From: Eledone cirrhosa
Taxonomy: Eukaryota
Assembly: GCA_964016885.1 (NCBI GenBank)
Contig: OZ024742.1
Location: forward strand, 332,506,001 to 332,570,000
Reading direction: 5' to 3'
DNA: 64,000 bases
Under the pieces are notes generated by a model. It was given only the letters and a program-made list of their open reading frames with translations. It ran no database searches and was not told the DNA's origin. A program made the position numbers and the translations under genes. Of this stretch, positions 47,494 through 64,000 are shown in pieces; position 1 is the first letter of the stretch, and each line of letters opens with the position of its first letter.

Positions 47494-48327
47494 AATACAT
47501 AATCCCAGTTAATCCCACTACGTGGCATCATGGAAATTGTTCTTTACCACAGCTTCTGGTCAAGCCAAGCCTTGTGAGTGAAATTGGATAGACGGAAGTA
47601 TGAAGCCAATTTAATAGTTTCACTTCTGGTTTTTAGGTCCGTTCTTATCAAATTGTGTCACGCAGATTCTGCCTGGGAATTAAGTTAATGGTACAAAACC
47701 ATATCTTTGGAATACTAACCACTCTCGCTTGATCAAACGACAAAATGCTCGTCTTAGAAACCGACAGACGACCCACAATACATAGATAATGCTACGTATC
47801 AATACACATTTACACATAAGCGACATACATCCATCTGAAAATGATAAATTTTATTCATAATAATTAAGTTCTGGCAGTATCCTGACCCTTAATAATTATG
47901 TTCTGGCAGTATCCCACCATCTACGGGCCTTGAACTCCCAACACGAAGGATGTCGTCTTTGGCATATAAACCAGGACTGTACGAAATCGATTTCTTCCAT
48001 ATAGAATGAGACAGTTGACAAGATAAATTGAGAAAGATAGGCATATGTTGTATTGATCTAGTACAGTGTTGGTACCTTTTTTATAGCTCTCGAAAGCATA
48101 AAATTAAAAGTTGACCTCATCCATATTTGAACGTGGAGGGTCGGAGAATGCCACAGATCACTCCATTCGTCACTTTATTGAGTCTGCTAATTCACTGTCT
48201 TGCACTAGCATGATGTAATCTGGTCATGATTTGCTTTTAAATCTAATATCCACACTACAAAACAATGACTGTATCAGTTTGTTGTGGAATATTATGAACC
48301 TCACTCAATTTCGATGTTAAGCCAGCG

Positions 48328-48440
48328 CATGAAATTAACATACAAGTGGCTGAGTATTCATCAATCACATGTGTCCAGAAGACAATCAGCAGGACACAGT
48401 GTGTGCAATGACCAGCTCTTTCAATTACAGGAATTGTACA
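48328..48440. repeat. Old dispersed repeat (other copies at about 45595-45730, 48670-48725, 49265-49345, 57740-57860)
   Basis: Shared gtgaaattaa..caagtggctgagtattc.acaga.a.atg pattern. Confidence 0.6.
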
Positions 48441-49053
48441 ACTAACAATTTTCGAAGAGTTTGTTCGCCAACATTACATCACAAGTAAATGAGACTTGCT
48501 TAAGTGGCCTCAGAGAAAAGTATGCTTCAAGTTGTGATATGTATAAAACTATTATAACATTTCTATTTATACGTATTTAAGTCAAATTAGCAAGTTCAGC
48601 ACCCTGTTGCGTTGGACCTCCGTCAGTTTAACGAGTGTTGCATTGTTCGAAAAACAAAGCTGCCTGCTGTTCAAATTTAAGCGCAAGTAGTTGAATATTC
48701 CACAGATACATGCACGCTTAATAGATTGAAGTATCTCACTCTGTTATATGAAGTATGTAGACAGAAATTTGTCAGGTGTGGGTTAGAGGAAGAGATTGAG
48801 TACAAGAAACAGTTTTAGACTCATGCTCTCTTATGTACACATATATACACCAGATCCATACACAAAATAACCAAACTGCCACTGTTACTGCTTTCATCCC
48901 TCCCACTCTCCCCATCTCTCACTATTGTGAGCAAATGAGAGACTCACACTCTGACCACCTCGCGACTCCGTCGGACAGAATAGTGAAGGCATTTCGCCGG
49001 AATATGGTGAGGGAGACTCGCTGGAAGTGCCATTCCAGCTCGCAAGCTCTCAC

Positions 49054-49245
49054 CTGCGGGTAACCAACACTCTGCTGATGGTGGTGATCAAGGAGGTGTC
49101 CCTAGGATCAAGAACACTAGAAGTCTCCACTGTCAGGGGTTCAACCGCCGACCAATCGGAGAGCGACCAATATTTGGAGAGTTTACCTTCCTCGGCCCGA
49201 AGTGCAACAGATACTGTGTCAGTCACAGACTGCACCAGCTTGCCG
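49054..49245 (-). CDS. Candidate 192-nt internal coding exon, unknown protein
   Basis: Acceptor ttacattctccAG, donor CAG/GTGAGA, length a multiple of 3, only one open frame (GKLVQSVTDTVSVALRAEEGKLSKYWSLSDW..). Confidence 0.35.
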
Positions 49246-50252
49246 CTGGAGAATGTAATATATATAGTTCTCAGGGAAAATTCAGCATGGCTTACTGTAT
49301 GAAAATTAGAATTACAGGTACAACACACATGTTCCAGCTGAGTGAACCGTAGCAACACTAAATAAAGTATCTTTCTCAAGAAGACAGCATGCATCCATAA
49401 ACCCTATTAAACCGCATGGCTTTAAGCAGCAATGTGGCATACATTCTGGGACAACTACCACTATATGTTTGTGTGTGTGTAATGCGGTCAGAACAAAACC
49501 AGTGTGGTAATTTAGCCGATTCAGCAAAAGTAGAGATCGTTAAAATAAGTACTAGATTGATATAAATACTGCACTCTATATGATCGACAATTTAAAAAAA
49601 AAGGACTTGAAAGTGGTACATCATTATGTTAGATGTGAATGGAAGATGTTGATACACACACACACGCAGGAGCGCACACACGCACTCGAACACACACGCA
49701 CACGCACACACACACACACACGCAAGCATGTATATTACAGTAGTTAAACTAAAAAGAAGCGATAGAAGCAGCAGTAGAAAACCAAATAGCAGTTGTAGTA
49801 TTAGAAAAAGAGCGAACTGTAATACAGATAAAAGAAACTACGACTATTGAAGCAATATATTATTTCTATCTATCTCTTATAATACTGCATCGAAACACGT
49901 TAGAATTACTAATAATTATTAATAAATGAAATAGGGAATATCAACATCTCTGCCTTAGTGACCATATAGGCATGCCTACAAAATAAAATTCTGTGTATGT
50001 AATATATACACATTCATATAGTCTCGGTTATCCAGTCTCAGAGTCGGATTCAGGACAAATGAGGCCCTATGTTAGGTAAGTTATGATGCCCCATACATTT
50101 GAAAAAATTATCGTAAAAAAGATTTTGGTCAGGAAGATGCCCGCTTCCCTATCCAACGGGGCCCTGCGCTTTCAAGCACACCTAAGCACAATGGTATATC
50201 CCGCACTCTCTGTCCAGTCTGTATATATATATGCACAAATGCACACACATAA

Positions 50253-50303
<51 letters not shown>

Positions 50304-50332
50304 ATATGTATATATATATATATATATAATAT

Positions 50333-50370
<38 letters not shown>

Positions 50371-50393
50371 GTATACACACACACACACACACA

Positions 50394-50471
<78 letters not shown>

Positions 50472-50779
50472 TATAGATATAGATATATATGTGTATGTGT
50501 CTGTGTGTGTATGGGTGTGTGTATGTATAAGGAAAAGAACCGGCGTCACAACGAATCAAGGAATCATAGCTAGAAGATATTGATTATCTACCTGTTGCAA
50601 GTCATTGTAGAAGAGGGAACGTGAAATATATGTTGCTCAAGAACTCAATTCAATGCCCAATCCAAAGAAAAGGAGCCCACGACCTTAATGTTGAGAGTGG
50701 AACATCCTAACCACTATCGATTTATTTATCTACCTACCTGTATTTAAATACTATCTTATGTCTGTTATATATATATATT

Positions 50780-51070
50780 TAATATTGGAATCCCTGATGA
50801 TTTCTCCCGAATGAAACAGTTATAGTCCTGTAGAAGCCTTTCTATATTAAAAATGTATACTCTACTTTGTATTGAGTACCTTACTTACTGTGGTTACCTC
50901 GATTTAACCCCGGACAACTTATATATATATATATATATATAAGTTTATCCCGGGTTCAATCGGGAGTAACCACAGTAAGTAAAGTACTCAATACATAGCA
51001 GAGTGTAAATATTTCATATGAAAATTGGTTCTACAGGACTAGAAATGTTTCATTCGGGAGAAATCATCAT
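50780..51070. mobile_element. Family E: two diverged copies tail-to-tail around a short (TA)n; HHR at about 50790-50836 (plus)
   Basis: Homologous to 8870-9007; CTGATGA-tttctcccgaat-GAAACAG..CTGTA. Confidence 0.8.
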
Positions 51071-51453
51071 ATGTGTGTGTGTTTGTCTGTCTGTGGGTGT
51101 GTGTATGTGTACCTATATATATGTACACATGTTTGTATTACGTGCGTGAGTGCAGTATAAACACATGTCTAGATTTATAATCCTTGATAGAAACATTACG
51201 CACTCACAGAGAGATAGACTAATAGAAAAACGTAGTTACTAACATATACGAGCAAACAAGGTATCCTCTTCAGATATCATTCGTCTTGTTACATATATTA
51301 ATATGATTTCCTTCAAATCTACTACTTCTCTTCTTAAATAAGGAAATCATTCATTAGTTAATGTAGTTCTATATAACGCCCTCGGAATAATAATTGTTGG
51401 TTATAAGTGAAATTAGTTTAACATGGGACGAAAGGAAAGAGTAGGCACACACA

Positions 51454-51572
<119 letters not shown>

Positions 51573-51585
51573 ACACATACACAAG

Positions 51586-51617
<32 letters not shown>

Positions 51618-52368
51618 AATTATGCATTTCGCAAGAATAACTGGCTGGTTAAGCCGTCCGCAGTGTAACTATGTGTTTCGGGGTTCAAAACGGACCTATA
51701 AATATAGACGGACCAAAAACCGATACGAAACGTTTGAAACGTTTCAGTGTCCATTTATGACAATCTCCGCAGATTGTGTGCATAGTGGCGAGAGTGGAAT
51801 AGCAATCAAATATATATATATGTGTGGGGGGGGGGGGTCTGTGCGTGTGTGTATGTGTTTGGGCACGCGTGCGTGTGTGTGTGTGTATGCATGTTTACCT
51901 GTGTTTCTGCTTGTATGTATGTATGTAAGTTTCGATAAAAAAAGAGATTAAAAAGTTTCGATAAAAAAAGAGATAAACAAAGAGGAACGATCGATAAAAT
52001 CAGAACCAGATTTACAAATAAAAAGTACAGGGGTCGATATGATCGACTAAATCTAATTACTAAAACTAGTAAAAGGTTAAAAAAACAAACTACTAATATA
52101 CTCGCATCCATGCGCACTCGCTCTCACTCTATCTGTATAGCACACAAGCTCATTCATAGATTTGAAAAGCAAACCACACACATAAATGAGTCAGACACAC
52201 AGACACAAACTTACTTTACATGCGATAAAACGCACTAACATTTGAATATGTATATATATAGAATGCGTCTGTGACTTCATCATCATTTAACTTCGTTTGT
52301 GTGTGTGTGTATATATGTATACATATATATATATATATGTGTGTGTGTACATACACACACACACACGA

Positions 52369-52424
<56 letters not shown>

Positions 52425-52702
52425 GTATATATGTATATAAATATATATATGTATATATAGGTGTTTATGTGTTAAAACCAATTTACAATTTATCGATCAT
52501 TATATATCTAACCGGTAGTTTATGGGATAAAAACAGACAAAGACACAAATACATTGTAAACCTAAACATAGTCACGAATTGAGACTAAACCTGAAGCTAC
52601 ATATGGAAAGAAAAGAGGAAAGGAGCCGATCGTCAGGTCGTATAGGTATAGAGGTCTAAACAACAGATATCTATTTCGATTCCCATAAGTGGTTGCATCA
52701 GA

Positions 52703-52801
<99 letters not shown>

Positions 52802-52854
52802 TAACAGATTTATGTTTAAGCAAAAATCGGGGATTTGGATTTTAGTCTTCGCAT

Positions 52855-52907
<53 letters not shown>

Positions 52908-52909
<2 letters not shown>

Positions 52910-53068
52910 TGATTTAACACTTCACAGCTCGCAAGTGTTTTTTAAGCTTCATATCATGTCTCCTTATTTTATCTGATGAGAACGAAAATATCATCCCATG
53001 ATGATATTTGTTTTTGAAATGCTCATAATAACACACTTGGAACTCTTTTAACCATATTTTGATCTTAT
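52908..53068 (+). mobile_element. Family H copy 2 with HHR (52967-53031)
   Basis: ttttat-CTGATGA..GAAA-T-GCTC-ATA-ataa; colinear with 11830-11987. Confidence 0.8.
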
Positions 53069-53081
53069 ATTATATATATAT

Positions 53082-53160
<79 letters not shown>

Positions 53161-53497
53161 AAGGGGATAGTAGACTGGATAGTAGACTTGCTCTCTTCGA
53201 ACTGATAAGTCCTCGCTTGTACCTAAATATGTATCGGATACAACTCCACCCTGTGGTTTTCACGAGTTTCGAATTGCGAACACGGGTGTTGGAATGAATA
53301 TCTCATAAGGCCAAAATGTCAGGTTCCAGGAGCCGTGGGTATGTTGTGCGATCAACAAGATGCTTCTTTACGTGGTTTGTCATATAACTGGGCTACATCT
53401 AACACCCAACCACATTTCTATGAGATACACGCTTGTAGGAGGCAAACTAAACCGGCATAGTTATAAAGTATAATTTGTTCATCCCTATATATATATA

Positions 53498-53544
<47 letters not shown>

Positions 53545-53574
53545 ATATACACACACATACATATATATGTATAT

Positions 53575-53750
53575 AGGAAAAGTTATGACACCGACGGCAG
53601 AGCTGAAGCCGTTTCGACGGCTATTTCAGATTTATTTGCTTGAGCTCTGCTGTCAGGGTCATGCCTTTTCCTATCACCCACTCTACTACCCTAAGTATTG
53701 AGTACTCTGGTGCGTTATGGTCCACCTGGTTCCTTACCACAATTCCCTCG

Positions 53751-53752
<2 letters not shown>
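53575..53752. mobile_element. Head-to-head element, family N (fragments also at 25738-25850 and 31140-31240)
   Basis: Inverted ggaaaagttatgac..gcagagct / agctctgc..gtcatgccttttcc; shared gtccacctgg..cttaccaca tail; GAAACGGC remnants. Confidence 0.55.
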
Positions 53753-53823
<71 letters not shown>

Positions 53824-53873
53824 ATACATACATGCGTGTGTGCGCATACGTATATATATATATATAGAGAGAG

Positions 53874-53912
<39 letters not shown>

Positions 53913-55707
53913 GGGAGAGAGAGAGAGAGAAAGAGAGAGAGACAGTGGGGATGAGAGAGGCTGGGCCCGGTTAAATATTGATGGAGTTGGCGTGCTTGCT
54001 TTCGAAGTGGGCTTGTAAAAGATCCCGATACACACCTAGTCTCATCCGGGTTCCGGAATACTTTACACCTCCGCTCCTTGTAAGCCATGCTTATCTAGAT
54101 ATTTTAACAAGGAACCCCATTGTTATGTGTGTTCATGGTTGCATACACATACACACGCACACACACCCATACACACATACATACACACATATACATACAT
54201 AGATATACATATCTTTCATATTTATAATTATCTGTGTTGTGGCTAACATATTTTCAAATTCCAGGTATTCCCATCTGGGTGTGTGGCTGATGACCTGTCA
54301 GAATTGTCGGACCGGCGGACAAAAATCCCTTACGGTAATCGTTTCGGCACTTCTCATTTTGAGACTATTTCTAGAAGTCATTTAATGTGCTTAAACAGTT
54401 TTGATTCCATATGAATCAGGTCCAAATTCTTTCAGCTTTCCGACGTTGAAATTTGACTCATTACCAAATAAATCTAGTGTTCAAGTACGATGGTACTTTC
54501 TTTATCAAGTTCTCGCATCGAAACGTTTTGAGTTGAAACCTACGTCGTCAAATTTAGGCGTTTCATTACTCTGGATTTCCATATATATACTACTTGTTGA
54601 TATTGTTATAGTTGGTGTTTCTTAACCTCGGATGAACGCACATTGAGCGGGCTTATATTCAAAGGCATTCCAACCGTGACCAATCCGTATTTTAATGCGT
54701 CCTTTATTTAACACAGTACTGTAATTTAAAACATGATTTTACTGTAACTTCTTCCTTAGTGCTCCACACCAGTATTAGTGAATACCACTAGTGTACTCTG
54801 GTCTAAATAACCTATCCCTCACTAACAATGCACATCTGAAAGAAACCACAAAGTTTAGCAAAAAATCAAAACAAAACAAAATGATAATTTCTCAAAAATG
54901 CCAGAATATACGAATGCATTTGTTTATTTATATTATCCATATGCTCATGCCTGTATTTGTTTATATCATACGTACAGGCTTAGTAGTCAGGGTGTTTGGC
55001 TCCCGATCATAAGGTTATGAGTTCTATTACTCCTAGTTTGTATTGTCCTTGAGCACGACACTATTTCACGGTGGTCTCACTGAAAACTATTTTCGTAGAC
55101 TGCTCAGGCACTTGCAACTTAATGTCTTGAAAAAGCTTCTCTGTTGATCTAACAGGATATATTGGAACCAACGGATATCCAACAATACGTGTGTGCCTTA
55201 GTGGTTTTGTCTGCATGTATGTCGCTGTATATCTGAACTATTGTGTGTGGACAGGTGAGGGCGGCTAGGTGTTTTTATGTGATTGCTTTCGTATTTTCGA
55301 GTGTATGTATTTAGCTGCAAGTCAGCTCTAATTTGAGGGAGAACTAACTGCTATTTTTAGCATGTCATCCGTTTCCGTTAATGCTCCCACGTTGACATGC
55401 TACTTGGTTATATGTTGTGGTCAGCGAGCACCACAGGTAAATAGAACTTCTCTTCATCTGGCTTTAATACGCAGCTATATATAGTTTAATTTTCAGCACA
55501 TAATGAGCTCCAAAATGCATGAATATCACAATATCACATTGTCTCACCCTAAGATTATCTTTTTAAAGTTGAGTTGGCATGGCTTTGTGAGTAAGAATTT
55601 GATTCGCAACCACGTGTTTCCTGGTTTTCTATAATTGCCCCAAGCTGACCAATCTCTTGTAAGTACATTTTTTGTCGAAAGTGAATGTGCAGGAGCCAGT
55701 CACATAT

Positions 55708-55761
<54 letters not shown>

Positions 55762-55769
<8 letters not shown>

Positions 55770-56165
55770 AAAGGATAACAAGGACGATTGGTTACTCCTT
55801 CATTTCATTTATTGGTAGGTGACACGCGTTTCGCCATTGATCAGCTCAAGGTTCGATCTGTATCGATCCTACCCGACTCAATGATCGGCAGCTCGACCGA
55901 CCCTCTAAAATACTATAGCATTTTAAAGGGTCCGTCGAGCTACCGATCATTGAGTCGGGTAGGATCGATACAGATCGAACGTTGAGCTGATCAGTGGCGA
56001 AACGCGCGTCACCTACCAATAAATGTAATGAAGAAGTAACCAATCGCCCTTCTTATCCTTTCAATATATTACACTCTGTATAGCTATACACCTCATCACA
56101 GAAGTGAACCTAAACATCGAGTGCTCTCCCGGGTGAACCTGCAGTAACTCCAAGTTATACCCCCT

Positions 56166-56168
<3 letters not shown>
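55762..56168. mobile_element. Head-to-head element, family O: ~300-bp palindrome plus 100-bp tail; HHR 3' half
   Basis: Arms 55762-55912 / 55918-56068; GAAAC-GCGC-GTC at 55999-56010 followed by AATAAA; (TA)n flanks. Confidence 0.8.
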
Positions 56169-56261
<93 letters not shown>

Positions 56262-58474
56262 CCGAGTCTGTTTACTTTTACTGCTTATTTATGTCCTGTA
56301 GTTTAATTGTTCTAGACAAAGAGATCGATAAAATTAGTTGTGGAATCAATATGGTTTACTACATCCACAGCATGGCTACAATTTAATGACTGAAACAATT
56401 AAAAGTGTATCAGGGTAAAAAGTGTTCAAATTTGTGCGTTTTAATTTTGCCTATTATTCATCCTCCGAGAACAAGAGGATGGTGACACTATAGTCTGCAG
56501 TCTGCTCTGTAGACTGAGTAGCACAAATACAGGTTTAAATAAACTTGTTAGTTTAGTCAAAGCAAGAAATATTAAAAGCTAAGTTCGTCAACTTAACAAA
56601 CTGTAAGTGGAAACTATTTTATTTGAAAGAATAAAGCATATAACTAGGAGGGGGAGGCGCACATACGGGAGATTGCTTTGGGCAATAATTACAGGTGACA
56701 AGTAGAACAAACATTATAATAATCATAATCTGAAAGACCACACATTATCGGCCCTCATTCGTCAGAGTTGTTCAAACGTCAGTTAGAATGCCCAGCGGGA
56801 TTTTTCTGGCGGGTCACGTCACTCTGAATTTAAATCCCACCACGGTTCACCTTTCCTTTCATCCTTCCAGGGTTGATAACTAAAGCATCTGCCAGGTACT
56901 TGGGTCGATCCTTCTCCAGACACACGTACAATCTCAATCTCTCTCTCTCTCTTTCTATTTCTCTCTTTCTCTTCCTCCCTCATCCCCTGTCTCTATGTTG
57001 CACTGTTAGGAGGATCGAAGGGGATTGTCATAACAAGCATTTCTCCGAAAGGCGCGAAATATACTAATATACTCCTGGAACTGACGAACGGCAGACCTTA
57101 CTGTGTGGTACAGTACGGAACGGAAACACAAAAGAAAGAACGGAGATTCAATATAGATTAACCTGCTATTTTAGCAGGACTTGTGACAACAATATCGTTT
57201 CCTTCATTAGGATCTTAGCTTTGCAATCGCATATAAACAACTTCACTGGCTTAAATAACTACCAGTAATGCTAGGGTTTAGATAGCTATCCGCAAGAATG
57301 AAAACCACGGGTTGAACTGGCTCTTTCAGCGCATCTCCCCCCCCCTCCTCTATCTCTATATATATATATATTCATTTTTTTTTCCGGATATATGCATCCG
57401 CAATTCTGTTGATCGGAACCATTAATAAACATATCTAGGAGGTTTTGTAAAGGATATGACAGGAAACAACGTGTCAGTGCCTCGTGTCAATGTACTGAGA
57501 ATACTCCATCAAAAGATTCTATTTTACAGGTAATCAAGTGATATATATATATAAACACTACCAATAATAACATGAGCATGCTCCGATCATGTATACTTTA
57601 TACCGGCGTCAGACTTTAGAGGAATATATGTGTTAAAAGATTCGTTGCATCATATAGTTACATGAAACAAGTTGGCACATGACATTGTTGGGCTTCTGTC
57701 AATGTGGGTTTCCGTTGTTTGATCAACGGGACAACTCGTTCGTGAAATTAGTTTGCAAGTGTATAAGTATTCTACAGACATGTGTACCTTTAAGATAATT
57801 ATCAATGAATCTTAGTGTGACAGAGTGTCTGACAATACTAGTCAATTATAGCCGTAAGTATTTCACTTCAATACACTGAAGGAAGATGAAATAAAATGTC
57901 TTGCTGAGAGAACCCAATGGGTATCTACGAATCGAACTCACTAACTTAGAATATTGTAACAAATGCCCTAACCACTAAGCCACGAGCCTTCACAGTCCAT
58001 ACATATCCACGGACTCTATTCCCATACTTACATGTGTATAAGAACATATAATATAAGATGTGAGCTCCGATGTTTGTGTCGGTGTGAGTTTCAGTTGTTC
58101 GATCGTCATATTGAAATATAAAATAAATGTCTAAGGATTCCAAAGTAATCTTCAGGTAAAATTAATCTTACATGCATGTATGTATACATTGAATAATAGT
58201 AAATCTCCACCGACGAACTTCCATACAGCTATCATCGACATAATTCAATTTATAATATTTGGGCCAACTAGAGGCTATCGTATGTGACAGTCGCAAAAGA
58301 GGCCTGGCAGCGAGGCCGATACCAGGAACATATGGCTGGGTGACGGTCTACTTACTCTCTTGAGCTTGTCTGTGAAAAGCACTTGCTTATAAACAAACTC
58401 ACGTGGACCCTGGGACACTACCTGGCGTCCACACATACACATGCATGCATACTTATTTAACTATATACGCAGAA

Positions 58475-58555
<81 letters not shown>

Positions 58556-59524
58556 TACCCTCCATCTCAATTCTACTTTTGAAAATCATAAGAACAGTGA
58601 AACCGGTAAAGCAAACAAATAAATATTCTTAAAAAGACTCCAGTAGCATTTTTGATTTCATCTTTTTTCCTTATATTTTCACTCGTGTAGGACATCTCGT
58701 TTTTTTTTTTTTCATTTAAAAAAAACCCTCATTTTCTTATATATATATATAAATATATATATATATTCGAAACTGTGGCAAGCAGTGCATTTAAAGCAAG
58801 TGAGGCTGTGCGGTTAAGGATTTTGTGAGGAATGTCGTTTACTATTCTACAGATTCCATTAATCTCCTTCCTTTATATACATGTTTTAATTATTAATTCT
58901 AACGTCTACAATGTAATCGGTTGTGGCGGCTGTTATAGCTATAGATGAACCCCAGAATGGCCATGATCAAAAGCGTCCCAGCTTATCTAGAATCCTGCCT
59001 TGTTGAATATAAGATTCAATTATCTATTGAGATATTGCTTTTACATGGTGGTAATATGGCATATGTGTACCTGATGAGAAGGGGGTGGGGTATATTTCTA
59101 GCAGATCTGTCAACCAACTATCAGCTATGTCATGGCTCGTGTATCTAGTAAATATTCTTTCATATTTCTCTTTTATTTACCTCGATTTTTAAACTGCAGC
59201 CATGGTGGGGTACACTCTTCAAGGATTTTTGTTGATCATTTCTACCCCTGCACCTATTTCAATCTGGTACATATTATCACCCTATAATTATATTGAATGA
59301 CTAAATAATATTTGTTTCTATGAGAGCCTTTCATATATTATATTATAATATAATATAATATGATAATGTAAGTATAAAATGTGTCTATTTGTGGTTATTT
59401 TTATTTAATAAATCAACCAAGGGTGAGGTGTTTCAGTAGTGACTATTCCACTATTTTTTTTAGACAAAGTATGTATAGACATCTAAAAAAAAAGTATGCC
59501 TTAATCCAGGGGGCTCATAAGGAT

Positions 59525-59772
59525 GGTGCTTATCCTGGTTTCATGGCATGAACTGACTGAGTGTACAAGAATTCTCCTTGGACAGCATGCCAGTCCATCA
59601 CATGTTTAAACCTCCAGCTATTGCTGGTGCTCCTTTTCAGCTGAGTATACTGGAGCAACGGGAAATGAACTGTTTCGTCAAGAATACAACACGCAACCCA
59701 GCTCAGAAATACAACCCACGGCATTATGATCGTAAGTCCAACACCCTTACCTCTAGGCCACGCGCCTCCACA
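59525..59772 (-). mobile_element. tRNA-derived SINE family S3 (other copies at about 41310-41470, 54975-55075, 60815-61035)
   Basis: Minus strand ggcgcgtggcctagaggtaagggtgttggact head, then gttgctccagt..actcagctg..gatggactggcat core. Confidence 0.7.
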
Positions 59773-62076
59773 TAGACATGCTTTGTCCAAAATCAGTTTT
59801 ATTTTTGAAGAGAATAGTATGTGGTTGAAAAGAGATTTAGCTGCTATTTCTAGCAGGTATTGTCATCACCTATAATCCCTCGTATTCTCATAAACTAAAC
59901 AATTAGCAAGCACGATGGATAGCAGAATTGCAGAATCGGTAAATCACTGGCCAAGTTACCTTGCGATAATTTGTTATGTCTCTCTGTGTGTGTATGTGTG
60001 TTTGTCTTTCTTTTTATTTTCTGCGTTGAGCGTTTAAATCCTAACATAGTGAAGTTTGATTTTCATCGCAAGGGAGGGTCGATAAATTAATTACCAGTTA
60101 ATCGACTCTCCTCGTCTTCCACCCCTAATTTGTAACCTTATGCCAGTATAAAAAGAAAATCAATAATAATCAATTCGCACCCGTTCTATTGGAATTGACT
60201 TGCTGATATGGTAGTTTGGACCCTATTTTAATATGAATCACATAAAAACCATTCCCACAGATAACAGCAACTTTTCACCGCGTAATTTGATCATTAATTT
60301 TTAGTTAATTAATTAATTCATTATTTAATTAATTAAAAGGAGTGTTGAAAAATCTTAGGGAGAAAAACTAATTAATTTTTTTTTTTTTCGGGTGAGAGGG
60401 TTGGGCTCTAAAATTGAGAAATAAATTTTCTACAATAGAAAAATTGTTAGAAACAAAGAAATGAAAACGAAGATAGTTTGAACATGTTTAAAGAAGGAAA
60501 AGAAAAAGAAGACAACTGCTAAATAAAAATTATCCAAAGAATTTTAAATTATAGTCAAGAATAAATATTATACTAAGGACTCTATAATGCAAGTCTTTGA
60601 CTAAGTTGTACAGGTAGCAGTCGTTGGCTTATCAACAATAAATATATAAATCGATATAAAGACCATACCGGTATTAGAACTTAAGAATGCTTATAAACAA
60701 ATTGCACTGTCGCAAGTTGAACTCAACCTCCCTGAGATACAAATATATATATATATATATATTTTAAATGGTTAAAATGTGATGTAAATCAGAGGCTGAT
60801 CAGGATTGGGTTTATCCTTGATTCATTAGCGTTAAGCGACTGAAAACAAGACATCTCATCGGCATGGTCGTCACTCCAGCACAGAACTATCCCCCACCTG
60901 CTAATTGTACTCATTATCAGCTGGGGGTAGTTGGAGCAACGGGAAGTGATGTTTGGCTCAAGGGCACAACATGCTACACAGCCCAGAAATCGAACCCAAT
61001 ACATCATAAACCCAACACTGTAACCATTGGCTCGAGTGCCTTTATAAAATAATTGAAAAAAAAGGGCCCTGGGGCAATTTGAACTCAAGAACACCAAGAC
61101 ACAAACCCAGTGAGGTTTAACGTTTGAAATGTGTTTCACATTAAAATGCGGTGTCCTAAATTGGTCAATGATTCAATATAATATTAGTTGGTATAAGTTC
61201 ATTTTTTGAATGGTTAGAATTGTATAGGGACCAATAAATTAGAGGTAGTCGTTTCTTTAAATAAAAACAGGTGTATCGGCATGTGGCTTACTATGAGATC
61301 GTGTGTTTTATCTAAAGCAATTATATCGGAGCTTAGTCGCTTTAACAATTCAAAAAGAAACAAACTTAACTGCAGGTTCCATTTATCATTTAATTCTCGG
61401 AAATAAACTTTAAGACAATTAGAATAAAATTGATTTAATTAGATTTCATCAAAAATCGAACGTGAGCCTATAATGTAGTTACTGTACTAGACTTCGTTTA
61501 CTATATTGCTCTCTTCACTTAAGGACTGTGGGCGCTTCTATATAGCATTAAAGTGGCCAAGCGTTCCTAACTAACCAGACGGTTGTGACAATGAAAGGTG
61601 AATTAGATATTTTTAAAATCGAAATTGTGTAACCCAATATGTTTCGTTGAGATCTTACCTTATACCGTTAGATAAATCTAATACGGTATCAGTTGCTGAC
61701 CATTCTAAAAACGCCATTCTGCCCATGTTTGATTATATTATGTTTATATGGACACAGGCATGGTTATGTGGTCATGGTGTACGCTTCGCAACTACGTGGA
61801 ACCAGGTTAGGTTACTACTGCCATAGAATCGGGTTGTCCAATACCTTGTGATTGGAATTTAGTAATAATAATAATACATTCATACACACACACACATATA
61901 TAAATATACCCATGTATACATATATATATATATACATCTTGAGTATATGTTGGTTGTTTACCGACATCTCAGTATGCAGATTTGAGCACTCGACGAAGTA
62001 CGCAGGTTGGTTTGGTTACTCCGCAGTAATGTAAAATAATTAAGTCAAATAATTAAAATTTGGCTTCGTTTATTGT

Positions 62077-64000
<1,924 letters not shown>

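Overview
AT-rich, microsatellite-saturated animal genomic DNA. The SINE families suggest an octopod cephalopod (inference from recalled repeat sequences, not searched). There is no confidently identifiable host gene, only two weak candidate exons, and almost all listed ORFs are (TA)n/(CA)n artefacts. Conventional TEs: a young CR1-type LINE 3' end, a Dong/R4-type REL LINE remnant, an RTE-like 5' fragment, a mariner transposase pseudogene, two Helitron-like elements, a 5S-derived fragment and many tRNA-derived SINEs. The main signal is a dense set of at least 10 unrelated small non-coding elements sitting in (TA)n tracts, most densely at 0.4-21 kb. Most carry a hand-foldable type I hammerhead ribozyme (HHR), often with a palindromic stem III. 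Many are built as head-to-head inverted copies whose 3' ends face the (TA)n flanks. They look like non-autonomous Penelope-like elements (PLE) or retrozymes. They include a 319-bp tandem unit with a compensatory U3-A8 core, a U4A core variant, and a U.U juxtaposition at the base of stem II shared by five families. All folds and alignments were done by eye; coordinates are approximate to a few nt.
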